Positions 27,909 through 37,792 of a stretch of DNA of 64,000 nucleotides are shown here, in pieces. The notes under the pieces were generated by a model, which did no database searches, was not told where the DNA came from, and saw nothing but the letters and a program-made list of their open reading frames with translations. This DNA comes from Candidatus Aminicenantes bacterium UBA6228 (GTDB lineage: Bacteria; Acidobacteriota; Aminicenantia; Aminicenantales; Saccharicenantaceae): assembly GCA_002441005.1 (NCBI GenBank), contig DJWO01000014.1, forward strand, positions 328,130 through 392,129. Reading direction: 5' to 3'. Positions within the stretch are counted from its first letter, which is position 1, and the number at the start of each line of letters is the position of its first letter. The position numbers and the translations under genes are program-made.

Positions 27909-28922
27909 GTGGGGCAGATGAAGAAAAAAATAGTCTTCAGCGGGATGAGGCCGACCGGAGCACTCCATCTCGGCAACTATGTTGGAGCTCTCAGAAACTG
28001 GGTCAGGCTGCAAGACACCCATCATTGCTTTTTTGGTATTGTTCCCTGGCATGCCTTGAGTTCTGAATATCTGAACCCAAAAGTAATAAAGGACTATACT
28101 TTTGAGGTCGCTCTTGACTGGCTGGCAGCTGGCCTGGATCCTCAAAAATCAGTTCTCCTGATCCAATCGGAAGTTAAAGAGCACGCCGAACTTCATCTTC
28201 TGCTGTCAATGATCACACCCCTGCCCTGGCTGGAAAGAGTCCCAACCTTTAAAGAGCAACAACAGGAGCTTCAGGATAGGGATTTGAATACTTATGGTTT
28301 TCTGGGTTATCCCATGTTGCAGACGGCTGATATCATCCTCTACAAAGCCGAGGTCGTCCCGGTCGGAGAAGATCAGGCTTTCCATATTGAGCTGGCCAGA
28401 GAGGTCGTCCGGCGTTTTAACCGTTTTTATGGCGAAGTTTTCCCTGAGCCCCAGATCCTGTTGACCGAAGTGCCAAAATTAGCCGGAACTGACGGGCGGA
28501 AGATGAGTAAATCCTATGGCAATGCTATTTATCTTAAAGATTCTCCCGAAACCATCAAAAAAAAGATTTCGCCGATGGTAACTGATACCAGGAGAAAACG
28601 GCGGACAGATCCAGGTGAACCTGATGATTGCCCGGTTTTTACTCTCCACAAGGCTTTTGTCCCAGAAGCTAAACGCCAGGAATTAGCTGCTGGCTGCCGG
28701 ACAGCTTCTATCGGCTGTCTGGAATGCAAAAAAGTCGTGATCGAAGCTCTGATCAACGACTTTGAAACTTTCAGGCAAAAAAGACATTATTTTAATAAAC
28801 ACCCGGACGAGGTCTGGACTATCTTTGATGAAGGTAGCGCCAGGGCCAGAGAAGTCGCCCGGCAGACGATGGAAGAAGTCAGGCGGGTTCTGGGCCTGGA
28901 TTTTCCAACCGGCCGCCGATAG
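27909..28922 (+). CDS. trpS: Tryptophan--tRNA ligase
   Basis: HIGH-like motif (TGALHLGNYVGAL) and KMSKS (GRKMSKSYGN). A C-terminal Cys cluster is present. Confidence 0.9.
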   Translation: MGQMKKKIVFSGMRPTGALHLGNYVGALRNWVRLQDTHHCFFGIVPWHALSSEYLNPKVIKDYTFEVALDWLAAGLDPQKSVLLIQSEVKEHAELHLLLSMITPLPWLERVPTFKEQQQELQDRDLNTYGFLGYPMLQTADIILYKAEVVPVGEDQAFHIELAREVVRRFNRFYGEVFPEPQILLTEVPKLAGTDGRKMSKSYGNAIYLKDSPETIKKKISPMVTDTRRKRRTDPGEPDDCPVFTLHKAFVPEAKRQELAAGCRTASIGCLECKKVVIEALINDFETFRQKRHYFNKHPDEVWTIFDEGSARAREVARQTMEEVRRVLGLDFPTGRR

Positions 28923-28935
28923 TAAGGAAAAGAGG

Positions 28936-29745
28936 ATGGAGCAAGAAAACAGCGATTGGCCGCTTAGGGCCGAAGAAGTTGAAGACAGCCAGCCAGCAGC
29001 GGGCGATGGTTACCAGGTCAAACTCGAATTTTTTGAAGGTCCGCTGGATCTCTTATTATTTTTAATCCGCAAAAAGAAAATTGATATAAACGATATCCCG
29101 ATGGCAGTCATTACCAGGGATTATCTGGATTACCTGGAAAAGAAGGATCAGATTAACCTTGACCGTGAAGCGGAATTTTTGCTTATTGCCTCCCTGCTGA
29201 TTTATATTAAATCTCAGATGCTTTTGCCCCGCGAACAGGAGGCTTTAGCTGAGGATGATCCCAGGCAGCAGCTGGTTGACCGGTTGCTTGAATTTCAAAA
29301 AATCAAGGTAGCGTCTTCCCTGCTGAGAGAAAAGGAAGAGGTTGAACTCCAGCGCTGGAGAAGGACTTTCCGCCCGCCGCTGGAAAAACCCGATGAGCTG
29401 GAACTGCTGGAGGTTAGCCTGTTCGATCTGGCCGAGACTTTCTTTCTGATCATGAAAAGAAGAGAAAGAGAAAATCTCAGGATAATTAAAGGGAAAGATG
29501 TTTCAGCTGAAGAAAAACTAAAGGAAATAACAGATTACCTGGAAAAAAACGGCTCCATGGATTTTCTTGATTATTTTTCTTCTCAGGACAGCCTGGAAGA
29601 AGCGCTGGTTTCTTTTTTCTGTCTGCTGGAACTGGTCAAGAATCATCTGGTAGTGGCTGTTCAGGAAGAGCTTTTCCAGACGATCAGAGTCTGGTTAAGA
29701 AAAGATAAAACTCATCACCAGCTTCATGGGCCAAGTCATGAATAA
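28936..29745 (+). CDS. scpA: Segregation and condensation protein A
   Basis: ScpA signature FEGPLDLLLFLIRKKKIDINDIP. I prefer the ATG at 28936 (RBS AAGGAAAAGAGG) over the track start at 28762, which overlaps trpS. Confidence 0.85.
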   Translation: MEQENSDWPLRAEEVEDSQPAAGDGYQVKLEFFEGPLDLLLFLIRKKKIDINDIPMAVITRDYLDYLEKKDQINLDREAEFLLIASLLIYIKSQMLLPREQEALAEDDPRQQLVDRLLEFQKIKVASSLLREKEEVELQRWRRTFRPPLEKPDELELLEVSLFDLAETFFLIMKRRERENLRIIKGKDVSAEEKLKEITDYLEKNGSMDFLDYFSSQDSLEEALVSFFCLLELVKNHLVVAVQEELFQTIRVWLRKDKTHHQLHGPSHE

Positions 29746-30286
29746 TCAATTGAAAGCCATTCTGGAAGTCCTCATTTTCCTGTCTCAGGAACCATTAACT
29801 CTGGACAAAATCAAGGAAGTCCTGGGAGAAGTGCCGGAAGAGGAATTACAGGCTGCTCTCCAGGAACTGGAGAGTGCTTTCAGGCAGGAAGGGCATGGAA
29901 TTCAGATTGTTCAGACTGGCGGCGGCTATCTGTTCACCACTAAACCGGAGCATGATCAGTGGGTCAGAAGGTTGTTACAGATAGAAAAGAAAACCAGGCT
30001 ATCAATTGCTGGACTCGAGACCCTGAGTGTTATTGCCTATCATCAGCCGGTGACCCAGGCTGAAGTCTCGGCTATCCGCGGAGTAGATTCGACTTATTCG
30101 ATTAAAAGCCTGCTGCAAAAAAAGTTAATTAAAATCGTTGGCCGGAAAAAAGCTCCAGGCAATCCGCTGGTCTACAGGACCAGTGAAAAGTTCCTGGAAT
30201 ATTTTGGCTTGAACAGCTTGGATGACTTGCCTAAGGAAGAAGAAATCGCTAAAATTTTAGAAGAGGAAAAGAAAACCATTTCTTAG
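29726..30286 (+). CDS. scpB: Segregation and condensation protein B
   Basis: 186 aa with tandem winged-helix domains (ILEVLIFLSQEPLTLDKIKEVL). It overlaps the scpA stop. Confidence 0.85.
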   Translation: MGQVMNNQLKAILEVLIFLSQEPLTLDKIKEVLGEVPEEELQAALQELESAFRQEGHGIQIVQTGGGYLFTTKPEHDQWVRRLLQIEKKTRLSIAGLETLSVIAYHQPVTQAEVSAIRGVDSTYSIKSLLQKKLIKIVGRKKAPGNPLVYRTSEKFLEYFGLNSLDDLPKEEEIAKILEEEKKTIS

Positions 30287-30317
30287 CTCTAAATAAAGAT
30301 ATTACCGGTATTTAGAG

Positions 30318-30346
30318 TTGACAAAGGGTTCTTACTTTTATAGTAT
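30318..30346 (+). promoter_or_regulatory. Putative sigma-70 promoter of ispH (TTGACA-17-TAGTAT)
   Basis: Read directly from the sequence. It is preceded by the inverted repeat CTCTAAATA-N13-TATTTAGAG (30287-30317) at the end of scpB. Confidence 0.4.
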
Positions 30347-30375
30347 TAGAGGCTATTCTTCAGTTATAGTATTCA

Positions 30376-31224
30376 ATGGAAATCATTATCGCCAGAAACA
30401 GCGGTTTTTGTTATGGAGTGAAAAGAGCTTTGCGCCTGACCAGGGAAACTGTCAAGAAAAATCAATCGAGAATTTTTACCTGGGGTGAGCTTATTCATAA
30501 TCCTGAGGTTATTTCTGACCTGGAAAAAAGAGGCATTAAGATTACTACTTCCCTGTCCAGGCTCAAGCCAGGTGATACAGTCATTATCCGCAGCCATGGC
30601 ATTTCACCCGCAGTTTACCGGGCTCTCCAGAAAAAGAAAATAAACGTAGTGGATGCCACCTGCCCCAAAGTCAAAGACATCCAGCAAAAAGTTGAACAGC
30701 TCAGCCGGACCAAAAGTGAAATCATAATAGTCGGCAACCGTCATCATCCTGAGATCCAGGGATTGCTTGGTTACGGTCAACATCAGGCTGTGGTCGTAGA
30801 AAATGAAGAGCAGGCCAGGGCCCTTCCTTTCAAGAAAAAAAGAGCTGTTCTGGCCCAATCTACCCAGGATATGCAGCTTTTCGGGAAAATTGTAGCCATA
30901 TTGACTGAAAAAACCGAAGAACTTTCAGTTTATAACACTATCTGTCAATCAACCAGGGTCCGGCAGGAAGCTACCGCTGAACTGGCCAGCCAGGTTGAAG
31001 CCCTGATTATTGTTGGCGGGAAAAATAGTTCTAATACCAACCGGCTATATGAGATTTCCCGCCGGAAACAGAAAAGGACTTATTTTATTGAATCACCGGA
31101 AGAATTGACTCCCGACATGATTCGGGAAGCAAGAATAATAGGGATCTCAGGAGGGGCTTCCACTCCGCCTGAGGTCATCAGAAAAACTGTTCTGGCTATC
31201 AATAATAGCTGCCAGCAGAATTAA
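30376..31224 (+). CDS. ispH: 4-hydroxy-3-methylbut-2-enyl diphosphate reductase
   Basis: N-terminus MEIIIARNSGFCYGVKRAL with three conserved Cys. Length 282 aa. Confidence 0.9.
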   Translation: MEIIIARNSGFCYGVKRALRLTRETVKKNQSRIFTWGELIHNPEVISDLEKRGIKITTSLSRLKPGDTVIIRSHGISPAVYRALQKKKINVVDATCPKVKDIQQKVEQLSRTKSEIIIVGNRHHPEIQGLLGYGQHQAVVVENEEQARALPFKKKRAVLAQSTQDMQLFGKIVAILTEKTEELSVYNTICQSTRVRQEATAELASQVEALIIVGGKNSSNTNRLYEISRRKQKRTYFIESPEELTPDMIREARIIGISGGASTPPEVIRKTVLAINNSCQQN

Positions 31225-31243
31225 CATCAGGAGAAAGTGACCC

Positions 31244-32986
31244 ATGACTGAGACCAAAAAGAACACCAAAGCCGATGATCAAATGACTGATGAAGATTAT
31301 GAAAGGCTGCTTGATCAGTACCATCTTTCAGATCAGGAGCTAAGTGCCGGAACGGTTGTCAAGGGCCGGGTAGTCAAAAAGACTCCTGGCTATTTACTGC
31401 TGGACATCGGGCATAAAACAGAAGGGGCGATTCCTGTTGAGGACTTCCGCGACCCAAAAGAATTTGAAGACATTAAGGTTGGCAGCGAAATTGAAGCCCT
31501 GCTGGAAAAATCAAGGCCCCAGGATGGTTATTTTCTCCTGTCTAAAAAGAAAGCTGATATTCAACGGGCTCTGGAACACCTCGAAACAGCTTACCGGACT
31601 GGCAACTGGGTGACCGGCAAGGTCATAGCTAAAACCAGGAATGGCTATACGGTTGATGTTGGGCTGCCAGCTTTCTTGCCCCAGGCCCATGCCGATCTAA
31701 GACCGCTCAAAGACCCTGATTCACTTCTTGGCCAGACCCTGAAATTTAAAATCATGAAATATAACCAGAATGATGAAGATGTAGTTTTATCCCGGAAACT
31801 CTTGTTGCAGGACGAAAGGGAAAGAAAAAAACGCCGGGTCTTTAGCCATCTGGTCAAAGGTGAAAAAGTAAAAGGCGTGGTCAGATCATTGACCAGTTTC
31901 GGGGCTTTTATTGATCTGGGTGGAATAGAAGGCTTGCTGCACATCTCAGATATGAGCTGGGGAAAAATCAATCGGCCCTCCGAACTCTTCGAGGTCGGCC
32001 AGGAAGTAGAAGTGGTTGTCCTCGATTTTAATGAGAACGAAGAAAAAATATCCTTAGGCTATAAGCAGCTGACTCCTGATCCCTGGTTGAGTGTTGAACA
32101 AAAATACGGGCCAGGGACCAAAGTGACAGGCAGGGTGGTCAGCCTGACTGATTTTGGGGCTTTTGTTGAGCTGGAAAAGGGAGTGGAAGGACTGGTTCAT
32201 ATTTCTGATCTTACCTGGTCCAAAAAGATGGTCCATCCCAAAAAAGTCTTGGCCGTTGGCCAGCAGGTAACTGTTCAAGTGCTGGAGGTCAATCCTCAAA
32301 CCCATCGGATTTCTCTCGGGCTGAAACAGGCCAGCCCTCACCCGCTTGAGCTTTTTGCTCAAAAGCATAACCCGGGAGCCAGGCTCAAAGGAAAAATTAC
32401 CAGTCTGACCGACTTTGGCGCCTTTGTCCAGGTTGACAAGGATATCGAAGGGCTCGTTCATATCTCTGATATTAGCTGGGAAAAAATAAAACACCCTTCA
32501 GAAAAACTAAAAGCAGGTGAAGAAATTGAAGTTGTGTTACTTAACGTTGATCTCGAAAAACAAAAAGTTTCCCTGGGCCTAAAACAGCTGGAAGGCGATA
32601 TCTGGGAGGACTTTTTCTCCAGGCAAAAGGTTGGAGATCTGGTCAAAGTTAAAATTGTCAGAATTACTGATTTCGGTCTGTTTGCTGAAATAGTTCCTGG
32701 AATTGAAGGTGTGGTCTTTAATTCTGAACTGGATGATAACCGGATTGAAAACGCGGCTGAGACGTTCCAGATCGGTGAGGAAAGAATGGCTAAAATCATT
32801 AAGCTCAATCCTCAGGGTAGAAAGATCAGTTTGAGTTTCCGCCAGGCCCAGCAGGAACAACAAAAGAAAGAATTTCAAAAATATATGGAAGGACAGAGTG
32901 ACCGGTTGACTCTCGGCGATCTGTTAAAAGAGCAGTTCAAGAATCTTTCTACCAAGGATAAACGTAAAAAGGAGGGCGAATCATGA
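31244..32986 (+). CDS. rpsA: 30S ribosomal protein S1
   Basis: 580 aa with repeated S1 domains (GxV.G.V..IT.FGAFV....EGL.HISD ×4-5). Confidence 0.9.
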   Translation: MTETKKNTKADDQMTDEDYERLLDQYHLSDQELSAGTVVKGRVVKKTPGYLLLDIGHKTEGAIPVEDFRDPKEFEDIKVGSEIEALLEKSRPQDGYFLLSKKKADIQRALEHLETAYRTGNWVTGKVIAKTRNGYTVDVGLPAFLPQAHADLRPLKDPDSLLGQTLKFKIMKYNQNDEDVVLSRKLLLQDERERKKRRVFSHLVKGEKVKGVVRSLTSFGAFIDLGGIEGLLHISDMSWGKINRPSELFEVGQEVEVVVLDFNENEEKISLGYKQLTPDPWLSVEQKYGPGTKVTGRVVSLTDFGAFVELEKGVEGLVHISDLTWSKKMVHPKKVLAVGQQVTVQVLEVNPQTHRISLGLKQASPHPLELFAQKHNPGARLKGKITSLTDFGAFVQVDKDIEGLVHISDISWEKIKHPSEKLKAGEEIEVVLLNVDLEKQKVSLGLKQLEGDIWEDFFSRQKVGDLVKVKIVRITDFGLFAEIVPGIEGVVFNSELDDNRIENAAETFQIGEERMAKIIKLNPQGRKISLSFRQAQQEQQKKEFQKYMEGQSDRLTLGDLLKEQFKNLSTKDKRKKEGES

Positions 32987-33267
32987 TTAAAGCCGACCTC
33001 GTTGATTCCGTTGCCCGTGAACTTAATATTTCCAAGCAGGAAGCTGAGTCCGGCGTCAATCTTTTTTTTGACGTTATCAAGGAGGCCATCCTGCAGGGCG
33101 AAGAGATTGAAATCCGCGGTTTTGGCAGTTTCCGTTTCAGGCAGCGGGCTCCCAGAGCCGGTAGAAATCCGAGAACAGGTGAACTGGTTAAAGTCCCACC
33201 GAAAAAAGTCCTGTATTTTAAACCTTCGAAACTTCTAAGGGAAGCTCTGAACCGCCTGAAAAAATAA
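32983..33267 (+). CDS. HU/IHF-family DNA-binding protein
   Basis: 94 aa: ...IRGFGSFRFRQRAPRAGRNPRTGELVKVPPKKVLYFKPSKLL. Confidence 0.85.
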   Translation: MIKADLVDSVARELNISKQEAESGVNLFFDVIKEAILQGEEIEIRGFGSFRFRQRAPRAGRNPRTGELVKVPPKKVLYFKPSKLLREALNRLKK

Positions 33268-33776
33268 TGGTTATGAAATATTGTACAGCCCCCTGGAGAC
33301 AGGCTTATGTCCAAAAGACAATCAAGATGAAGGGTTGCGTCTTCTGTAACGCTCTAAAGCAAAAAGATGACGAGCAAGCCCTGATTCTTTACCGTGGTAA
33401 ATACAATTTTGTTCTGGTTAACCGTTTTCCTTACACCACCGGGCACCTGATGATTGCCCCTTACCGTCATCTGGCCAGTCTGGACAGGGCCCCAGTCGAA
33501 ATTCTGGAAGAAGCCGCCCGGCTGGTGCCGGTGGCACTCCAGATCTTAAAAAAGGCTTACCGGCCCCAGGGCTTTAACCTCGGAATGAATCTCGGCCAGA
33601 GCGCCGGAGCAGGTGTGACCGGGCATTTTCATCTCCATCTCGTTCCTCGCTGGCCGGGGGATTCCAATTTCATGCCGATTATTGGAGAAACCCGGGTCTT
33701 TTGTGAAGATCTGAAGACTGTTTACCATCGTCTGAAACCCTATTTTGCCCGTGAAGAAAAGAAACAGGAGAAATAA
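33267..33776 (+). CDS. HIT-family (histidine triad) nucleotide hydrolase/transferase
   Basis: The HxHxHxx motif is GHFHLHLVPR. Cys is present near the N-terminus. 169 aa. Confidence 0.7.
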   Translation: MVMKYCTAPWRQAYVQKTIKMKGCVFCNALKQKDDEQALILYRGKYNFVLVNRFPYTTGHLMIAPYRHLASLDRAPVEILEEAARLVPVALQILKKAYRPQGFNLGMNLGQSAGAGVTGHFHLHLVPRWPGDSNFMPIIGETRVFCEDLKTVYHRLKPYFAREEKKQEK

Positions 33777-33779
33777 ACC

Positions 33780-35702
33780 ATGCTCAAGACTATGCGCAAT
33801 AATCTAAAATCCCTGAGCCCCATCCTCTGGATTATTATCGCCACTTTTATCATAGCTATTTTTGCTGTCTGGGGAGGTGCCGGACGTCTGGGAGAATCCA
33901 GGCAGGCTAATTTTATAATTCAGGTTGGGAGCCGTGAATTGACTGCTCCGGAATTTGCCCAGATTCTTCAGCAGCGGATTACTGACATGAAAAGCCAGTA
34001 TCCTGACCTCAAAGCTGATCTGATCCGTCAATTAAACCTGCCCCAGCAAATGTTGCAGCAATTAGTTCAACAATATCTTCTGCTTGATATTGCCAGGCAA
34101 ATGGGGCTTAAAGCCAGCGACGAAGAAATCCGGCAGAAGATTGTCTCCTATCCAGTCTTCCAGCGAGAGGGACAATTCGTCGGCTTTAAAGAATACCAGC
34201 AAATTCTTGACTGGAATCATATTGCTGTTGACCGGTTTGAGCAGAGCCTGGCTGAAGAAATTCTCCTGGAAAAAGTCATCAGGCTGCTGACGGCGGGGTG
34301 CGCAGTCAGTGAAAATGAAGTCTGGGAAAATTATAAAAATCAAAACGACAGCGCCAAAATCGAATATCTGGTAGCAACAGTTGACAAAATCCAGTTAGAC
34401 TCCTCTCCGGCTGAAGCTGAGCTCCAGAATTACTTTGATAAGAATAAAGAAAAATACCGGGTAGCCGAAAGGCGCCAGGGCAAATATGTCTTTCTGAAGA
34501 CTGATGACCTGAAAAAAGAGATGACGATTTCAGACGCCGAGATTGAAAAATATTATCAAGATAATATCAATCAGTTCAAAGAACCGGCTAAAATTAAAGT
34601 CAGCCGAATCTATCTACCCTACACCGAGGCTGATAAACAACAAATTCTCAACCAGGGTGAGCAGTTGAAAACCAGGCTCGAGGCCGGTGAAGATTTTGGC
34701 CAGTTAGCCCGGACCTATTCCAAGGATGACAAAGCGAGTAATGGCGGAGATTGGGGCTTTTATGACTGGCAGAATCTGTCGCCCGCCGAGATTCAGGCCG
34801 CTAATCAGCTTGAACCAGGACAACTATCCACGGTAATTGACCTGGGGCAGGCTGTGGCTATCCTTAAAGTGACTGAAAAAATGCCTGAAATTACCAGGTC
34901 GCTGGCCGAAGTCAAAGCCATGATCCAGAATCAGCTTATGGAAGACAAAGCCCGGGACAAGGCTTCACAGCGGATGGACAACCTGGCCAAGGTGGCCAAA
35001 AAAGCCAAAAAGCTTGAGGAAGCAGCCAGAAGAGAGGGGCTGAGCCTGCAGGATACTGGCTGGCTTAAAAATGGTGACCCCCTGCCGGCTGTTGATTCAT
35101 CCGGAGCCGTCAGCCAGGTCCTCTTTGAACTCAAGGAAGGCGAAATCTCATCGCCTGTTTTTACCTATGAAGGCGTGGCTGTAGTTCAATTTACCCAGAA
35201 AGATCCCGAACATCAAGCCAGTCTGGATGAGGTAAAAGATCAGGTTCGTGAGGATTTAATTAAGGAGAAAAAGGTTGAGCTGGCCAAAGCCAAACTCAAT
35301 TCTATCCGCTTTTCTCAAGAAGCTAACTGGGAAGAGCTGACCAACAAAGAAAGTCTGGAATATAAAAGAGTAGAAACCTATAAGCACGGACAGTATCTCA
35401 GCCTGATAGATGAGCCGGCTGAAGTTGAGCGCCTGGTTTTCTCTTTACCGGTCAATCAGGCCAGCGAGCCTACAGCTGTCGGCAATGGTTATGCCGTGGT
35501 CAGAACCCTCGAAAGAAAAGAAGTCTCCAGAGAGGATTTTGAAAAAGTTAAGGGCGAAGAAATGGCCAAAGCTTTGAGCGATGCCCAGGAAATGTTTATT
35601 TACAGCTACCTCCAAAAGGCTATCCAGGAAAGGAAGATCAAGGTAAATTACGATCTCTTCAGTCAAACAGCTGATGAAGTCTTGAACCGCTTTGGCGAGT
35701 AA
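33780..35702 (+). CDS. PpiD/SurA-like periplasmic chaperone with a parvulin-type PPIase domain
   Basis: 640 aa with an N-terminal TM anchor, SurA-N-like helices and a parvulin core (ASNGGDWGFYDWQNLSPAEI). Confidence 0.75.
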   Translation: MLKTMRNNLKSLSPILWIIIATFIIAIFAVWGGAGRLGESRQANFIIQVGSRELTAPEFAQILQQRITDMKSQYPDLKADLIRQLNLPQQMLQQLVQQYLLLDIARQMGLKASDEEIRQKIVSYPVFQREGQFVGFKEYQQILDWNHIAVDRFEQSLAEEILLEKVIRLLTAGCAVSENEVWENYKNQNDSAKIEYLVATVDKIQLDSSPAEAELQNYFDKNKEKYRVAERRQGKYVFLKTDDLKKEMTISDAEIEKYYQDNINQFKEPAKIKVSRIYLPYTEADKQQILNQGEQLKTRLEAGEDFGQLARTYSKDDKASNGGDWGFYDWQNLSPAEIQAANQLEPGQLSTVIDLGQAVAILKVTEKMPEITRSLAEVKAMIQNQLMEDKARDKASQRMDNLAKVAKKAKKLEEAARREGLSLQDTGWLKNGDPLPAVDSSGAVSQVLFELKEGEISSPVFTYEGVAVVQFTQKDPEHQASLDEVKDQVREDLIKEKKVELAKAKLNSIRFSQEANWEELTNKESLEYKRVETYKHGQYLSLIDEPAEVERLVFSLPVNQASEPTAVGNGYAVVRTLERKEVSREDFEKVKGEEMAKALSDAQEMFIYSYLQKAIQERKIKVNYDLFSQTADEVLNRFGE

Positions 35703-35764
35703 AAACTGAAAAGAATCAATTCCATCGGGCAATAGACTGAAAATTTAGCAAAAAAGGAGGGCCA

Positions 35765-37771
35765 ATGGAGCAGAGAAGAGAAACCCTGCCGCCTGAGGCT
35801 TATCGTCAGCTGGCTCCAGGAGAAAAATACCGGCCGCTGGTTCCCCCCGAAAAGATAATTTCTGAAGTTACGACCCGGTCCGTTCTCTGGGGCCTGGTGA
35901 TGGCTCTGCTCTTTACTTTTTCCATGGCCTATCTTGGCCTGAAAGTTGGTACGGTGCCGGAAGCGGCTATTCCTATTGCCATCTTAGCCGTCGGCATTGG
36001 CTACACTTATTCCAGAAAAAATACCATCCTGGAAAATGTCATTATTCAGTCGATTGGAGCAGCTTCCGGGGCCCTGGTGGCCGGAGCTATTTTTACCATT
36101 CCGGCCCTGTTCATCATCGGCTTACCTATTAATATTTTTAAGATTTTCCTGTCGACTTTCCTGGGCGGCTGCCTGGGAATTTTATTCTTGATTCCCCTCC
36201 GGCGTTATTTCTGTGTTGAACAACACGGGAAACTGCCCTTCCCTGAAGCGACCGCTACGACTGAGATTCTGGTCTCGAGCGAGGGCGGTAAAGACCAGGC
36301 TAAGCCTTTGATCCTGGGAGTGGTAGTGGCCAGCCTGTATGAATTTCTGGCCATCGGTGTCAGGCTGTGGAATGAAGTTATAACTTTCCGGTTTATTCCC
36401 TTTATGGACAGGCTGGCTGACAAAACCAGAATGGTTCTGAAGGTAGATGCCCTGTCCGCTTTTCTGGGCTTAGGCTATGTTATTGGCTTCCGTTACAATG
36501 CCATCATCGTCGCCGGGGGCCTGTTGTCTCATTTTGCCTTCATTCCAGTTATCTGGTTTCTTGGCCAGCATTTCCCCCAGGCGATCTATCCTGGCACCAT
36601 TCCTATCGGTCAGATGTCAGAAGTCCAGATCTTTAATACTTATGTCCGGAATATTGGCATCGGAGCCATTTTTATGGCCGGGGTGATCAGCATTATCAAA
36701 TCAATGCCAATTATGGTTAAGTCCTTTTCCTTGGGCTTTAAAGAAATTCTCAAAGGCAGAAAATCAGGAGAAGCCAGTGAACGCCTCAGGACTGACCGTG
36801 ATCTGAAAATGTCAACAATTATCATTGGTCTTGGGCTGACGGCAGTTGCCCTCTTTTTCTACTTTCTCTGGATATCCAATCTAAAATTTGCCCTGATCGG
36901 GGTGATTATTTGCTTTCTACTGTCTTTTCTTTTTACCACCGTGGCAGCTAACGCCATTGCCATTGTCGGGACTAACCCGGTTTCAGGCATGACCCTGATC
37001 ACCATCATCCTGTCCAGCGTGATTTTAATCGGAGCTGGACTATCAGGACCGGAAGGAATGGCCGTAGCCTTGCTCATCGGGGCAGTGGTTTGCACGGCCT
37101 TATCAGTGTCAGGCAGTTTTATTACTGACCTGAAGATTGGCTACTGGATTGGAGCTACTCCCCGCAATCAGGAAAGGTTCAAATTCGCCGGTATTTTGGT
37201 CTCAGCCCTGACCGTCGGGATCGCTATTTTTATTCTGGACCGGGCATTCTCTTTCCAGAGTGGAACCCTGGCCGCCCCCCAGGCTAATCTGATGGCCGCA
37301 GTTATTAAATCCATGATGTCCAGAGAACCGGTCACCTGGCTGCTTTATGGAGTGGGGGTGGCGGTGGCCCTCGTGGCTGAATTATCTGCAATTCCACCAT
37401 TGCCTCTGGCTCTGGGTATGTATTTACCTCTTCATCTGACCACTCCCTTGCTGGTTGGCGGTTTCCTGTCACACCTGGTTAAACATTCGACCAGGGACAA
37501 AGAACTGGCCGAAAGAAGACATAACCGTGGCACTTTAATTTCCTCTGGTTTTATTGCCGGCGGAGCCCTGATGGGCATCGTTCTGGCTGTCCTCAAGCTG
37601 GCAAAACTTGACCACTATGTCAGCCTGGGCATCCCGATGGTGCTGGAAAATGGTAAATGGGTTGATGGCCAGCCAGCCGGCTGGTTTGCCCAGTATGGCG
37701 AGATTATCAGCCTGGTAGTCTTTATTTTGCTGATAGCTTTCGTCTACCGGGAAGCAAAGAAAGAAAAATAA
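35765..37771 (+). CDS. OPT-family oligopeptide transporter
   Basis: 668 aa with about 16 hydrophobic helices. Size and topology fit bacterial OPT transporters. Confidence 0.5.
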   Translation: MEQRRETLPPEAYRQLAPGEKYRPLVPPEKIISEVTTRSVLWGLVMALLFTFSMAYLGLKVGTVPEAAIPIAILAVGIGYTYSRKNTILENVIIQSIGAASGALVAGAIFTIPALFIIGLPINIFKIFLSTFLGGCLGILFLIPLRRYFCVEQHGKLPFPEATATTEILVSSEGGKDQAKPLILGVVVASLYEFLAIGVRLWNEVITFRFIPFMDRLADKTRMVLKVDALSAFLGLGYVIGFRYNAIIVAGGLLSHFAFIPVIWFLGQHFPQAIYPGTIPIGQMSEVQIFNTYVRNIGIGAIFMAGVISIIKSMPIMVKSFSLGFKEILKGRKSGEASERLRTDRDLKMSTIIIGLGLTAVALFFYFLWISNLKFALIGVIICFLLSFLFTTVAANAIAIVGTNPVSGMTLITIILSSVILIGAGLSGPEGMAVALLIGAVVCTALSVSGSFITDLKIGYWIGATPRNQERFKFAGILVSALTVGIAIFILDRAFSFQSGTLAAPQANLMAAVIKSMMSREPVTWLLYGVGVAVALVAELSAIPPLPLALGMYLPLHLTTPLLVGGFLSHLVKHSTRDKELAERRHNRGTLISSGFIAGGALMGIVLAVLKLAKLDHYVSLGIPMVLENGKWVDGQPAGWFAQYGEIISLVVFILLIAFVYREAKKEK

Positions 37772-37792
37772 TTAAGAGAAAGGAAAGTTAAG

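Noticed and set aside
28762-28935. ORF-track start for scpA at 28762, overlapping trpS by 160 bp
   Set aside because: A downstream ATG at 28936 has a good RBS and starts exactly where ScpA homology begins. The long overlap is an artefact of taking the longest ORF.
30287-30317. AT-rich inverted repeat CTCTAAATA-N13-TATTTAGAG after scpB, considered as a terminator
   Set aside because: The stem is only 9 bp with a single G:C pair and there is no U-tract. It overlaps the ispH -35 region and is more likely incidental or a weak operator.
14173-30325. Recurrent motif AGTTGACAA(A/G) at 14174, 17061, 25583 and 30315, considered as a dispersed regulatory element
   Set aside because: In every case it sits 16-17 bp upstream of a TATAAT-like hexamer in front of a gene. 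It is best explained as this organism's extended -35 consensus, not as a separate regulator site.
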